IMG/VR virus record: IMGVR_UViG_3300009503_000020
Span: 56,718-120,717 of that record
Strand: one strand, 5' to 3'
Source of the DNA: a virus
Length of the DNA stretch: 64,000 nt
Shown one piece after another: positions 27,201 to 36,266 of the stretch. The stretch's first letter is position 1; every line of letters begins with the position of its first letter. The notes beneath the pieces are model-generated. The model was not told the DNA's origin. It made no database searches and saw only the letters and a list, made by a program, of their open reading frames with translations. The position numbers and the translations under genes were made by a program.

Positions 27201-29008
27201 CTATCCACAGCCTTTACTTTATAGTAATAAGTAACACCTAAAGTAGTTGAAGTATCTGTGAACATGTTAGTATCTACTGCAGCAAAAGTTCCCTCTCCAC
27301 CAGATATTGTTCCTCTAAGGATAATATACCTGTCCAAATCTGCTTCTGTGTTAGCATCCCAGGCCAAGAGAATAGAAAGGGGTTTAGGAGTTAGTTGTAG
27401 ATTTACAGGAGTTACAGGAGGACCAGGTGGATAGTCTAATACAACAGTAGGTTCTTGAGGAGTGGCTGAAGGACCAGATACAGTTACACTTGGTTCTAGG
27501 TTCTCAGATTCATCTTCACCTAAACGTTGTTCATGTTCCTGGACTATCTCTGCTGCAGTCTTTGTCAAAGAAGATATTTCTAGTTCAGTATAGAGGTCTC
27601 CCTCATCTAAGTGATGTGTTAAGCCTACTATCTTTACATTAGAAATTGTTCCTTCAGATACACTGATAGTTATTAAGTCTCCTAGCTCATAAGCTTCCTT
27701 GAGATCTATTGTGACTATATTCTCTAAGATATCCTTAGGATCTTTATTCTCTTGTATTATAGAATTAGCTATCTCTTGACACTCTTCTGTAGTACGTAGA
27801 GAGTCTTTTATGATTGCAGGGCATTCATGTAGACCATATGTATTTTGAGAATTGGTATCCTCTGCTGTAGCATATATTCTCCCTTCAGAGAAGAAGAGTT
27901 TATCTACAAACAGTGATGCACTAATGTAAGTAGAGTATTGTACTTGAATACGAACCTTCGAGATACTGTCCCATGTTGGAGAACCAGTCGAAGACCAGCT
28001 AGTATCAGGACCAACTTCTAGAGATATTTCCTTCCAAGAAGTAGCATACTTATCAAAATTATTTACTAAGTTCCCACTAGAGAAGTAGTTTGAAGTGTCT
28101 TTGTAGAGGTATATAGAGACATCAGTTAGATAACCACTAGACATAGCATTGCCTATACTTACATTTATTTTCTTAGGAGACCATTTTTGTGAAAAGTCAA
28201 GAGGAGTAGCAAATGTGAATTGCAAATACTGTGAGTTGATCCCTGCTGCTGAAGACCTAATTGAGTATGATCCAGCTCGAGGAGGAAGAACAGCATCCTT
28301 ATCTGCTAGTGAGAGAGTTCCAGAGGCTGTCCATGTGCCATTTGTTCCAGATAGTTCTTCACATAAGTCTCCTGAAGTTGGGAAGAGATACTGTTTACCA
28401 AGAACAGCTACTCTATTGATTATATTAGATGTATCTTTCTTGTACGAATGAGAATCAAGGTCTTCTTCAGTTAGTGTTCCTCTATCGGTTCCAGACTCAA
28501 AGAAATGAAAGTCTTTGTTTGCATCAATGTACCACATCCAACCAGTTCTAGCACATATCTCCTCAACTCCCTCTAGTATTGTCTTATTCACAAGAGTTAA
28601 TGTGAGAGGAACAGTATTTGATTGAACATGGTTAGTAGTTATCTGACCAGAAAGAGGTTGCAATAAATCTACTAAGATAGTACTTGCTGGAGTCTCTGTG
28701 TATCGTTTTGTTACTGTTCTAAGTTCTAGAGTAGAAGAGATATCCTCTGCAGTAGCTTCTAAGACAGGTTGTCCTTCAGATGATTTTCTTTTGTATGATT
28801 TCACAGAACCTGAAAATATCTTCAGAGAAGAACCATATATCTCTAGTGTATCTCCTTCAGTTATAGGTTGGGCTAGTTCTTCTAAGAGGACAGAGACTGT
28901 TGCAGTTTGAGATTTACCTTTCTGCTTTGTAACTTCAAAACTGTCAACTAAAGTAGTTAAGTCATATGTATTAGAACCATGCTTATGGATAACTTGGTAG
29001 TCTCCCAT
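24269..29008 (-). CDS. Tail hub/tip and fibre protein with FN3 and carbohydrate-binding-like domains
   Basis: N-terminal hub pattern (WMWYIDANKDFHF, NRVAVLG, EDTNSQNTYG), FN3 repeats (LAWDANTEADL...YYYKVKAVD), C-terminal CBM-like ILPNPCFE; follows TMP and Dit-like genes. Confidence 0.75.
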   Translation of the reverse strand: MGDYQVIHKHGSNTYDLTTLVDSFEVTKQKGKSQTATVSVLLEELAQPITEGDTLEIYGSSLKIFSGSVKSYKRKSSEGQPVLEATAEDISSTLELRTVTKRYTETPASTILVDLLQPLSGQITTNHVQSNTVPLTLTLVNKTILEGVEEICARTGWMWYIDANKDFHFFESGTDRGTLTEEDLDSHSYKKDTSNIINRVAVLGKQYLFPTSGDLCEELSGTNGTWTASGTLSLADKDAVLPPRAGSYSIRSSAAGINSQYLQFTFATPLDFSQKWSPKKINVSIGNAMSSGYLTDVSIYLYKDTSNYFSSGNLVNNFDKYATSWKEISLEVGPDTSWSSTGSPTWDSISKVRIQVQYSTYISASLFVDKLFFSEGRIYATAEDTNSQNTYGLHECPAIIKDSLRTTEECQEIANSIIQENKDPKDILENIVTIDLKEAYELGDLITISVSEGTISNVKIVGLTHHLDEGDLYTELEISSLTKTAAEIVQEHEQRLGEDESENLEPSVTVSGPSATPQEPTVVLDYPPGPPVTPVNLQLTPKPLSILLAWDANTEADLDRYIILRGTISGGEGTFAAVDTNMFTDTSTTLGVTYYYKVKAVDRVGNESGPSTEVYGSPLKVDAQDQVFQNTLSVSSFTVSAYNQVIDTVSDFKVWLNVTITRVEGAGGYFVSYRKYGTSDWHPIFVQQPSSGNPSVNTTFLEGNTTYEVEVCAVTKLGEAGPWNNTFTFIDKNNTPHYNVTTATTAPNQVAPSAPASASATPAIDGLIIECGAVFATDFSHYVFYVGTTYPPSTPVGTSTRPIFFWKASDYSAYYVGAAAVDTALNASSVTSSSSTYTPLKVTPLDLSIESRPWTSNLKIFENCVSRGTFYYGSSGAVESWKRYVRTDTVTVGSNTYYNFGLVNSDTSTYVEDITGDTETYYPVYCGIRIFKVASDGTETELTAGTPVAIVYRSSNGSGIQTADYSFGGATFATTDRLCIKFYIDSGSGYQEKIKAVTEQLNVTSLPAGTWRVSYYSYRSTSYFGGIYTTRGRIYFGAGYDTSIVTTKDATIKFADGTTKTIAGDLSGTKLSSSVVGNHFVYWQDTDSNLHITTDYSSAVGTGKGLVTVIDRKTDAPSTILMFDSYTPTIGAGCIAAKSILADHIKAGQINTTHITSDSSLAIKASQILLDGTTYFVNSWQKAGDVTKIDGGQISAQTVTATQIAANAITTDQLQLSRLDTNEPTKEGALYYWTPDDTLRFIGQTGEKGYIPRYPLTKYNAPPETILPNPCFEEDVDGDDIPDYWTPPSGTKGTDYGSSSSAYKGKRCIWSKISTSGTYKEWQSVSIPVRPGQKLYARCYAKADNSYTPAGGIIHIAWYAPDGSSYLNEVQSSVKTLGTSWDYHEVTATVPTDGTYQANVRYARIHLYAGTSATYTTYYDDVVFSEIRAAVPTTGIVNARAKTTGTAEAIRAGTWNKMYCAITVPNEDFEVLICHIHLTTGLWIGSDGYANEFAVAVKNESTGEFYPSSDPEQCPPGWINAWNEVKSTALYNYWTFVITIPKNIKGNTIDVYVYNFGIYDPMNGMVNWVIWGHSPHTHR

Positions 29009-29446
29009 TTAGAGTTCCACCCTCTCTAGCTTTAGAGTGTATTCAAAGATTGTCTTTCCTGGAACTTGATTGCAAGAAAAATCAGTAATAACAAAGTAGC
29101 TTGTAGTTGCACTTGGAGGATAAGAAGAACCATCATCTATAGACTGATTAGCAGGACTCTGAAATCTAGTACCTAAATCAAGAGTAAATTTAGAGTTTCG
29201 TGTTGCAAGTGCTTCTAACTTTAGTCTGTCTGTTTCATTCTGAAGAATACCGTCTAAGGTAATTGTTTCTGCTCTCCTATAACGCCATTTTGCTTTCTTC
29301 AGTTCTTTTATTCCAGCATGTCTAACTCTCCAGGTTACATTAGCAGTCTTCTTTATAGAGGATGGTTCAGGATTGAATGTGAATGATACTCCTGTAGAAA
29401 CATAACTCCCATTTTGAAAATGATACTCATTTAGTTTAACTGTCAT
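29009..29446 (-). CDS. Distal tail (Dit-like) protein
   Basis: Position directly after the tape measure; beta-rich with terminal YTLKLERV. Confidence 0.5.
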   Translation of the reverse strand: MTVKLNEYHFQNGSYVSTGVSFTFNPEPSSIKKTANVTWRVRHAGIKELKKAKWRYRRAETITLDGILQNETDRLKLEALATRNSKFTLDLGTRFQSPANQSIDDGSSYPPSATTSYFVITDFSCNQVPGKTIFEYTLKLERVEL

Positions 29447-31656
29447 TATCTTGTCCTCCCTATTTCAGTACCTTGCAACCTGTTTATTTCTTGAGCTAGC
29501 TTAGTGATGTCTGCCTCTTCCCTTATAGTTGCTGTGATATAGAATGTATTGTACACTTCTCTAGTACCTGGAGTGCCTCTAGCAGGAACTATTTCTTCTC
29601 CAGCATGAACTACAGCAAGTCCTGTCTTAGTAACTACTCCACCTTCTTCAAATGTTGGTAAATGTCTAAGTGCTTCAGTTACTGCACCAGGTCCACCTAT
29701 AGCTGCAATTACTCCAAGAGGTATTGCTAATGCTCCTAAAGCAAGAGCTAATGCTCCTACTGACAAGGCTAAAGCTCCAAAGCTAATAGCTGCAAGGCCT
29801 GCTGAAACAGCTAGTGCTCCAAGAGCAACACTTGCAGCTAAGAGGCCAGGAGCTGCTGCAACTAAGAACTGAAGAGCTGGCATCATGTCGTTTAAACCTT
29901 TGGCAACTGTCTGTAGACCTATTCCTGCTACAATTAAAGCAGCTCCGAATGCAGCTACCCCTGCAGCAATAAGGAACATAGCAATAGCACCTAATACTGC
30001 AAGATCAAAGAGTGAGCCAAGAAGAACAACAATCAAGGCAAAAGCTCCCATTGCCGTTGCCAGACCAAGTAGAGTCTCTGTAAGTCCTTCCACTCCTCCT
30101 GTTACTTGTAGCAAAGGAGGAAGAATTTGAGTTAAGATTATCAAGAATAGAGAAACTACACCCAGTAAAGCAGCAAAGGCTGCTACACCTAAGAATATAT
30201 TTTCTGATGTACTTCCTAGAAGTTCTGAAAGAAGAGATAGTCCAGCTAAGAAACCTAAGATAGCTCCAAACAAGGCAGCTACTGCTGCTACACCTTCCCA
30301 AACATTCACTCCTAGACTACCAAATACACTGAATAAGTAAGCTATTGCTGCTACCAGAGCAGCTGTTGCAGCGACTAGTGCTGCATTTGCTAAAGTCATC
30401 TTCCATGAGACTGCACTTACAGCATCACCTGCTTGCACAAAATCAAACAACTTGCCAACTGCTTTAGCTACAAAGGAACCAACATTTGAGAAGATATCAA
30501 AGAGTTTTGGTCCAACAAGGAGTACTGCTCCTATAGCTAAAGCTACAGCTATTAGAGTCTTAGCTAATTCAGGATTTGCTTCCATCCAATCTACAAAGGA
30601 CTCAATTACAGGACCTAGTGGTTCAAATAGATCTATAAGCAAGTCTCCTATTGTTTGAAATAGATCTTGCAAGGGTTCAAAGTTAGCTATTAGAAAAGAA
30701 ACTACTCCACCTAAGAGGAGTCCACCTAAAGCAAATTTAGCTGCTGCTTTAGTTCCTCCCTTGAGAGTTTCTGTTAAACCTCTGCCTGTTTTTGCTTCTT
30801 TCTTGAACCCTGAAGCTCCTTCGGTAGTACTTACTCCCATATTTTCTAGTTGGTCAGTAACTGTTTCAGTTTGAATCTCATTCTTTAAAAGAGCACGGTT
30901 TGTTCTAGCTATCTCTGCTTCATAGAGCTTAAGTTTTTCTTGATAGTCAGGTAGACCTTGAGCATAAGCTGCCCAGGAAGCTGCATTCTCTTCTAATGTT
31001 TTCTTGTTAGCAAGTAGAGTTGCTTTCTGAGTTTTTAAAGAAGATAATGTTCCTAGCAGCTTGTTCTTGGTGATGTCTGCCTCTGTTCCAATTCCTTTCA
31101 CTGAGGCTATATATGCTAACATAGCCTCCTTACCTTCAGTAAACCCTATCACTAAGGCTCTGAGAGAGGCTCCAAGACCTAAGTGAGCTTTCCCAGCTAT
31201 CATTAGTGTACCTGAATACAAAGTGAAAGCTCCAACTGCTGTCAAAACTTTAGAAATTAACTTAGTGAAAAGCAGTATACCAATTCCTAACAGAACAAGG
31301 AATTGCAAGACAGGACTTTGTTCTAGAGCATTTGCAAAGTCTTCTATAAGACCTACTACTTCATCTATAAATGGTGCTAGTATATCACCTATAACTGAAC
31401 CTACATCTTCTAAAGCCCAGCTGATGTCTTCAAGACCAGCTTCCCAATCTAGTGAACCAGAGAGTGCTCGATTAACTCCAGTTAAGAAAGGAGTTATAGC
31501 TCTATCAATAGTACCTCCTAAACGCATCAAGTCACGGCCAGTAAGTCTCAGACTTAGACCTAACTTCTGTATCATTCTGTCTACTTCAGAAATAGGTTCA
31601 ACAGAGCCTTTGACTGTAAACAGTAGGTCTATTGGGAAGAGAGCAGACACTCTCAT
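29446..31656 (-). CDS. Tail tape measure protein
   Basis: 736-aa Ala/Leu/Gly-rich helical protein with hydrophobic stretches; C-terminal FEEGGVV...VHAGEEIVP; canonical position. Confidence 0.85.
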   Translation of the reverse strand: MRVSALFPIDLLFTVKGSVEPISEVDRMIQKLGLSLRLTGRDLMRLGGTIDRAITPFLTGVNRALSGSLDWEAGLEDISWALEDVGSVIGDILAPFIDEVVGLIEDFANALEQSPVLQFLVLLGIGILLFTKLISKVLTAVGAFTLYSGTLMIAGKAHLGLGASLRALVIGFTEGKEAMLAYIASVKGIGTEADITKNKLLGTLSSLKTQKATLLANKKTLEENAASWAAYAQGLPDYQEKLKLYEAEIARTNRALLKNEIQTETVTDQLENMGVSTTEGASGFKKEAKTGRGLTETLKGGTKAAAKFALGGLLLGGVVSFLIANFEPLQDLFQTIGDLLIDLFEPLGPVIESFVDWMEANPELAKTLIAVALAIGAVLLVGPKLFDIFSNVGSFVAKAVGKLFDFVQAGDAVSAVSWKMTLANAALVAATAALVAAIAYLFSVFGSLGVNVWEGVAAVAALFGAILGFLAGLSLLSELLGSTSENIFLGVAAFAALLGVVSLFLIILTQILPPLLQVTGGVEGLTETLLGLATAMGAFALIVVLLGSLFDLAVLGAIAMFLIAAGVAAFGAALIVAGIGLQTVAKGLNDMMPALQFLVAAAPGLLAASVALGALAVSAGLAAISFGALALSVGALALALGALAIPLGVIAAIGGPGAVTEALRHLPTFEEGGVVTKTGLAVVHAGEEIVPARGTPGTREVYNTFYITATIREEADITKLAQEINRLQGTEIGRTR

Positions 31657-31724
31657 CCACCTCTAGTTACTATAATTGAAAGACAAAAGAAACAAGGGAA
31701 TTGGAAGACAGTTTTCATAGTGTG

Positions 31725-31883
31725 TTACCTTTTAGAAGCAGCTCTCCTTTCTCTTTCTTTCTGTTCCTCTAGTTCCCTTACTATCCAATTGAATTGTGGT
31801 AAGGTTAACTTGCGTACATCATCAAGAGTCCAGTGCATATGATACATCACTTGAAAGACTGTCTTTAAGACTTTGTTCTGAAA
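31725..31883 (-). CDS. -1 frameshift extension of the tail assembly chaperone (lambda gpGT-like)
   Basis: Slippery A AAT TTT / T TTT TTC at 31880-31890. The -1 frame reads FQNKVLKTVFQVMYHMHWTLDDVRKLTLPQFNWIVRELEEQ... to TAA at 31725. Confidence 0.8.
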   Translation of the reverse strand, partial: FQNKVLKTVFQVMYHMHWTLDDVRKLTLPQFNWIVRELEEQKERERRAASKR

Positions 31884-32203
31884 AAATTTTCTAGTTTAGC
31901 TAGTGACTCTCTGTCAAGTTCTGAGAACTTAGAGATCTCCCAGACAAGTTGCAAGAGTGTCTTGTGTGACATCTTTCTTATCTGCTCTACTGTCAACTTA
32001 GGACTTACAAGGCATTTGTAGACAAGCCAAATGTTCTGTTCTAGTTGAGAGTCCTTTGCTACTTTAAGGATATCAGCTAGTTCACCTACTGTTATCTTTT
32101 TGATCTTTACAGACTTACCTTCAATAGTAACTATCTTTTCTCCTTCTGCAGGAGCTAGCAAGTCTGCTACTTCAGCTAATTCTGTACCTTCAGCTGTCGA
32201 CAT
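31865..32203 (-). CDS. Tail assembly chaperone
   Basis: Lies between the tube and TMP genes; ends at the slippery site. Confidence 0.8.
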   Translation of the reverse strand: MSTAEGTELAEVADLLAPAEGEKIVTIEGKSVKIKKITVGELADILKVAKDSQLEQNIWLVYKCLVSPKLTVEQIRKMSHKTLLQLVWEISKFSELDRESLAKLENFFRTKS

Positions 32204-32266
32204 ATTTATTCACCTTCCTTTCTTGGAAGTCAAACCCTTACTTGGGTATGATATACTTCCTTATGG

Positions 32267-32644
32267 TTACACTACAGCTATTGACTTAGCTCTGAAGTCA
32301 TAGTCTTCCTTCAAGACACCATCTTGAGGAATGTCCAGTGATCCTGTTTCAAAAGCACAGTCATAGCAATATATTTTCATTGTGCCTACTTCAAATGCAA
32401 GAGTGAAAGTAGTCAGTGAATTTTCTCCTGGAGCAACTAGTTGAAGATAGTTAGTATCTATCCAAGCTTTAGAGAATGAACCTGTGACCTCTTCATTTCC
32501 TGTAGTAAGGTCTACTGGTCTCCTTGAACCTAATTGGTAGAAAGCTTCTAAGTTAGTTGCTATCTCAACTGATGCAGAGTCAGCATAGCCTATTTGGACA
32601 TCATTTCTATAGATTTTTGCATTCCAACCTTTATAGACTGTCAT
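32267..32644 (-). CDS. Tail tube protein (paralog 2)
   Basis: Hcp/tube-like pattern MTVYKGWNA...G.R...TGSFSKAWI. Confidence 0.7.
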   Translation of the reverse strand: MTVYKGWNAKIYRNDVQIGYADSASVEIATNLEAFYQLGSRRPVDLTTGNEEVTGSFSKAWIDTNYLQLVAPGENSLTTFTLAFEVGTMKIYCYDCAFETGSLDIPQDGVLKEDYDFRAKSIAVV

Positions 32645-32688
32645 TCATGTTTCACCTACCTCTATATCCCTACATGAAATATTTAAGG

Positions 32689-33063
32689 TTAGCTCAGTGA
32701 GAAGGAAAGAGCAGAGAAGTCATAATCTTCTGTTAATATTCCATCCTGAGGGATAGTTAAAGTTCCTTTCTTTAGTTTACAGTTATTGAGGGTAATGTAC
32801 ATTGAGCCTACTTGAACTTTGAGAGAGAACTCCGAAAGAGTTCCTGTGTTATTAAGTAAAGACAAGTAGGTTGTATTGATCCAAGCTCTTGAAAAACTAC
32901 CTGTAATATTGACTGGTCCTTCAATAGTTAAAGCAGCTTGTCTATTGCCTGCAGGAAAATAATAGTCAAGAGAATGATCTATGTCAATTGTTACTTCTTT
33001 AACATAGCCTACTACACTTCCATCAATTAACAACTGAGCATTCCAGCCTTTGTATACTGTCAT
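32689..33063 (-). CDS. Tail tube protein (paralog 1)
   Basis: Same pattern as the neighbour (MTVYKGWNA...ITGSFSRAWINT...LDIP/LTIPQDG). Confidence 0.7.
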   Translation of the reverse strand: MTVYKGWNAQLLIDGSVVGYVKEVTIDIDHSLDYYFPAGNRQAALTIEGPVNITGSFSRAWINTTYLSLLNNTGTLSEFSLKVQVGSMYITLNNCKLKKGTLTIPQDGILTEDYDFSALSFSLS

Positions 33064-33539
33064 TAGCTTACCTCCCTTTCTTGTGTTACTCGTATAGTTA
33101 TAGTCTTTCTATGTAGCATATTCTCTTCATCTATAGGACTCGTAGTTATTCCTGTTATCTCTACATCAACTATCTTATTTGAACGTAGTGTATCTTTATT
33201 ATCAGTAAGAGTTTGAAGAACTAGATCTGCATACTTGTCTCTTAGTTTTGTACCTACATAAGTCTCTGAGTTTATTGTTGCTCTATCATTTACCTTCACC
33301 CAGATATCAATATCATATGTTATAGAGTAGAAATGTCCTTTCATTTGGTTACCCCACTCACCTATTCCTACTTCATCTAAGTTGCCTGATGTTTGTGTAA
33401 CAGAGATTCTGGGAAATGTTGCATCCATTCTAGGATAATCTGCATATACCCACTCACCTGAAGGATGTGGATTAGGTAAACTATTCCTCAAAAGGTCAAC
33501 TAATATAGTAGTTAACTCAACCAATGACAATTTTACCAC
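33063..33539 (-). CDS. Tail terminator/completion protein
   Basis: YPRMDATFPRISV...YDIDIW; position before the tube genes. Confidence 0.6.
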   Translation of the reverse strand: MVKLSLVELTTILVDLLRNSLPNPHPSGEWVYADYPRMDATFPRISVTQTSGNLDEVGIGEWGNQMKGHFYSITYDIDIWVKVNDRATINSETYVGTKLRDKYADLVLQTLTDNKDTLRSNKIVDVEITGITTSPIDEENMLHRKTITIRVTQEREVS

Positions 33540-34137
33540 CTCTCTCTCTGCTTGCTTTTATTGCATGCTGATGCAAGAGCTTAAGCAAGACGGGCTTATT
33601 CCTTTCAAATACTCTCCAAATAAAAGGATTATAAACACGCCAAGCATCAGGAGGCTGGAATACCCATTTTACTACTACCCAGTTCTTTGGTCCTCTAGTC
33701 CTTATCTTTTCTCTTGACACAGGGCTAGCTTTTCTTGAGTAGATAGTTTTAGAAGAGAGAGGAAAAGCCAATGCTTGCTTTCTTATAGGTTGAATGAGAA
33801 GAGGTTTAGTTCTCCTCGCTCCTGTGCCATGTAAAGCTAAGATTGCAGAATAAGCTCTCCAAGCTGGAGATCCTTGAACGCTTGCCCCTGGTACTCCTAT
33901 TGCTTGATAAGATCCTTCTTTTATCCTGTGAGTAACTAGCTTGATGTGACTCCTAACAAATCCTGGGCTTCTTCTTGGATCAGGAACTTTGTGTACAGGA
34001 CATTCACTGATGACTTGAGGATACATAAAGCGTTGCCAATCTGAAAATGCTGCATACATCATTCTTCTTGTTTTCTTACTTAAATTCCTAGGGTACCTAA
34101 GTTCAGTTCTTACAGTCTTGAACTTGAACTCTGGCAT
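33517..34137 (-). CDS. Neck/tail completion protein (HK97 gp10-like)
   Basis: Basic protein with ECPV...G.VRSHI...HGTG motifs; canonical position. Confidence 0.5.
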   Translation of the reverse strand: MPEFKFKTVRTELRYPRNLSKKTRRMMYAAFSDWQRFMYPQVISECPVHKVPDPRRSPGFVRSHIKLVTHRIKEGSYQAIGVPGASVQGSPAWRAYSAILALHGTGARRTKPLLIQPIRKQALAFPLSSKTIYSRKASPVSREKIRTRGPKNWVVVKWVFQPPDAWRVYNPFIWRVFERNKPVLLKLLHQHAIKASRERGGKIVIG

Positions 34138-34138
34138 T

Positions 34139-34516
34139 TTAAATCACTCTCTTGAGTAAAGCTCTCTTATAGAAGATACTGTTGCCTAGAGAATAGTCTT
34201 CTATCTTATCTATTCTCCAAGTCTTGTTATTCCACTTGACTATATCCTCAGGAGCTATCTTGATAGTTTGTCCTTTTACAGTATAATCTGGATAGAAGTA
34301 ACCCCAAGCATCTCCTACTTCAGCTGTCCCTGGAACTAAGAATGCTAAGTCTTCAGATGTTATCTCTTGTATCTCTGCATTTATAGTATAAGTATCCACT
34401 AAAGTTCCTGCTGACTGTCCATACTCATCACTACCATTAGTATAGGTATACTTTTCAAGAGTAACTGTCTTATTGAATATCTTGGAAAGTTTCTTTCTAG
34501 GAGGAACTTTCAACAT
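34139..34516 (-). CDS. Head closure/stopper protein
   Basis: DEYGQ...AEIQ...DIVKWNNKTWRI pattern; position. Confidence 0.6.
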   Translation of the reverse strand: MLKVPPRKKLSKIFNKTVTLEKYTYTNGSDEYGQSAGTLVDTYTINAEIQEITSEDLAFLVPGTAEVGDAWGYFYPDYTVKGQTIKIAPEDIVKWNNKTWRIDKIEDYSLGNSIFYKRALLKRVI

Positions 34517-34527
34517 GTTAAAGCCTC

Positions 34528-35226
34528 TTATTGAGCTTCAGGGTCTCTTTCATATGTTCCTACTTCTGTATCTTCTTCACTCAGGACAGTACCAGGACCT
34601 CTATAGTGTACTGTACTTCTTGAAGGTACCATTATCTTTCTATAGTTAACTATATCCATAGGAACACTTGTAAGGTGAAATACTATCCTCAGGAACTCAT
34701 TCCGTAATCTATCCCATGGTTGGGTTTGTCTGACTCGTATGTTACCAATCGCTAGTTGGTCTGGAACAAGAAACTCTTCTCTTGCAACCCAAAGCATGCC
34801 AGCATAGTAAGCAGTTGCTAGAGAAACTAAGTTCCAGTCTATAGCACAAGTGTAATAGGAATAAGATACAGTAACTGTCTGGTAAGAAGAAGCACTTGAG
34901 GCTAATTTGATTACTCCATTTTCAGGCCATATAGTTGATACTTGAAGTGTACTTCTTGTTTCCATACTTTCATCATGATAGCCATAAACAGTTACATCTG
35001 AAGCAGTAATTTGTTTATCAAAGTTAGTATCAGCTAAGTACTTGTGTGAAAGAACAATTGTCTTACCACTTGAATCTAGACTTACTACTTCTTCATCCAC
35101 TGGTATTTGGATATAATGAAGAATAACCTGTTGAGCTTTAGTAATGAACTCTTCTAGAACGTCATCTGGAGCTTCATCAATTGACAGTCCTAGAAGATCT
35201 CTGACATCTTGCTCAGTTGTATACAC
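34528..35226 (-). CDS. Head-tail adaptor protein
   Basis: MYTTEQDVRDLLG start; VTVSYSY...ATAYYA; directly after the MCP. Confidence 0.6.
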   Translation of the reverse strand: MYTTEQDVRDLLGLSIDEAPDDVLEEFITKAQQVILHYIQIPVDEEVVSLDSSGKTIVLSHKYLADTNFDKQITASDVTVYGYHDESMETRSTLQVSTIWPENGVIKLASSASSYQTVTVSYSYYTCAIDWNLVSLATAYYAGMLWVAREEFLVPDQLAIGNIRVRQTQPWDRLRNEFLRIVFHLTSVPMDIVNYRKIMVPSRSTVHYRGPGTVLSEEDTEVGTYERDPEAQ

Positions 35227-35284
35227 AAGTCTCCACCTACTTACATTAAGTCAACTTACAAATATAAAACCTTTCTAACATACA

Positions 35285-35327
35285 GAAAAAGAAACTCGGG
35301 CTTGAGTCCACACAGGGACAGAAGCCC
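35285..35327 (-). terminator. Hairpin plus U-tract after the major capsid gene
   Basis: - strand GGGCT-TCT-GTCC-CTGTGT-GGAC-TCA-AGCCC, then TTTCTTTTT. Confidence 0.55.
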
Positions 35328-35353
35328 TAATAATTTTAAACAAACTGGGTAGT

Positions 35354-36214
35354 TTAGCTTATGTTAGTGATCTTGACACATGCATTGGAATCTGTCAATT
35401 CTACACCATATTCAGTGTAGAAGTACAGCTCTATTGAGTCTGTATCAGGATTGTCCCAACGCTTCATGTCAAGATGTCTCCTAATTGCCATCCAAGCTGC
35501 TCTATCTGGATCAACTACCAGAGCTACATTGTCCCCATCTGGTATTTGAGTTGTTACAAGAACTTTAAGTCCTGCTATCTTACCAATCTCTCCATTCAAG
35601 ATTGGTTCATTGCTGCCATACTTAGAAGCATCTATGAACATGTCAGTTGTCAAGATACTCTTCAAGTCATTTGGATGGATTACTAGGAACTTAGGACTCC
35701 AGTTAGCAGCTCTTATCTTTGCAACTGCAGCTGATATTACTTTGTATGCATTAACTGACCAGGTTCCTTCTGCAGTTGCATTAACTGTATTTGTGGTTGT
35801 AAGTAATTCAGTTATGATGTCTGAGTCTTCCTTAACAGCTAATGCAATACCTGCTTCAGTTATTGCATCTCTTATCAAGTTCAGTTCACAGCCTTCAATT
35901 GCCTCTTGGGTAATCACAGCCCAAGTGCCAACTTTAGTTGGGTGTATTGTGCTTGCAGAGTATGTCAACGTGCCAGCATTAACAGAGCCTTTTAAGCTAG
36001 TTCCTTCAGAAACAGAACCAGCTGAAAGTGTAGATCTGCGACCTACAACTATCTCTCTGCCTTTAGTCCTTACAAGGTCTTCATTTATTCTGACCAAGTT
36101 ACGACCAAAGCGTCTAGCACGAGCAGCTTCCTCTACCTCATTAAGTATAACTTTTGGTATCAAGTCATATATCTCAGCTTCTTTGATAGTACCCAGTTCT
36201 TCTAGGCTTTTCAT
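35354..36214 (-). CDS. Major capsid protein (HK97 fold)
   Basis: LIPKVIL...KVGTWAVITQE...IHP...NGEIGKIAGLKVLVT; GGTGA RBS 7 nt upstream of 36214 (alternative start 36220). Confidence 0.88.
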   Translation of the reverse strand: MKSLEELGTIKEAEIYDLIPKVILNEVEEAARARRFGRNLVRINEDLVRTKGREIVVGRRSTLSAGSVSEGTSLKGSVNAGTLTYSASTIHPTKVGTWAVITQEAIEGCELNLIRDAITEAGIALAVKEDSDIITELLTTTNTVNATAEGTWSVNAYKVISAAVAKIRAANWSPKFLVIHPNDLKSILTTDMFIDASKYGSNEPILNGEIGKIAGLKVLVTTQIPDGDNVALVVDPDRAAWMAIRRHLDMKRWDNPDTDSIELYFYTEYGVELTDSNACVKITNIS

Positions 36215-36266
36215 TCTCATGTCACCTTTCAAGGTACAGAAGTACATAGAACATATTTAAGTGTTC

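Noticed and set aside
32689-33539. Contractile (myovirus) tail suggested by the short tube proteins
   Set aside because: No sheath-sized gene or baseplate wedge (gpJ-like) gene was recognised; the order terminator-tube-tube-TAC-TMP leaves no room.
35610-36260. 216-aa + strand ORF antisense to the major capsid gene
   Set aside because: Mirror of a strongly coding - strand gene, with no motif, RBS or promoter. The same applies to 31223..31666, 53779..54318, 60365..60793, 8087..8446 and 36759..37253.
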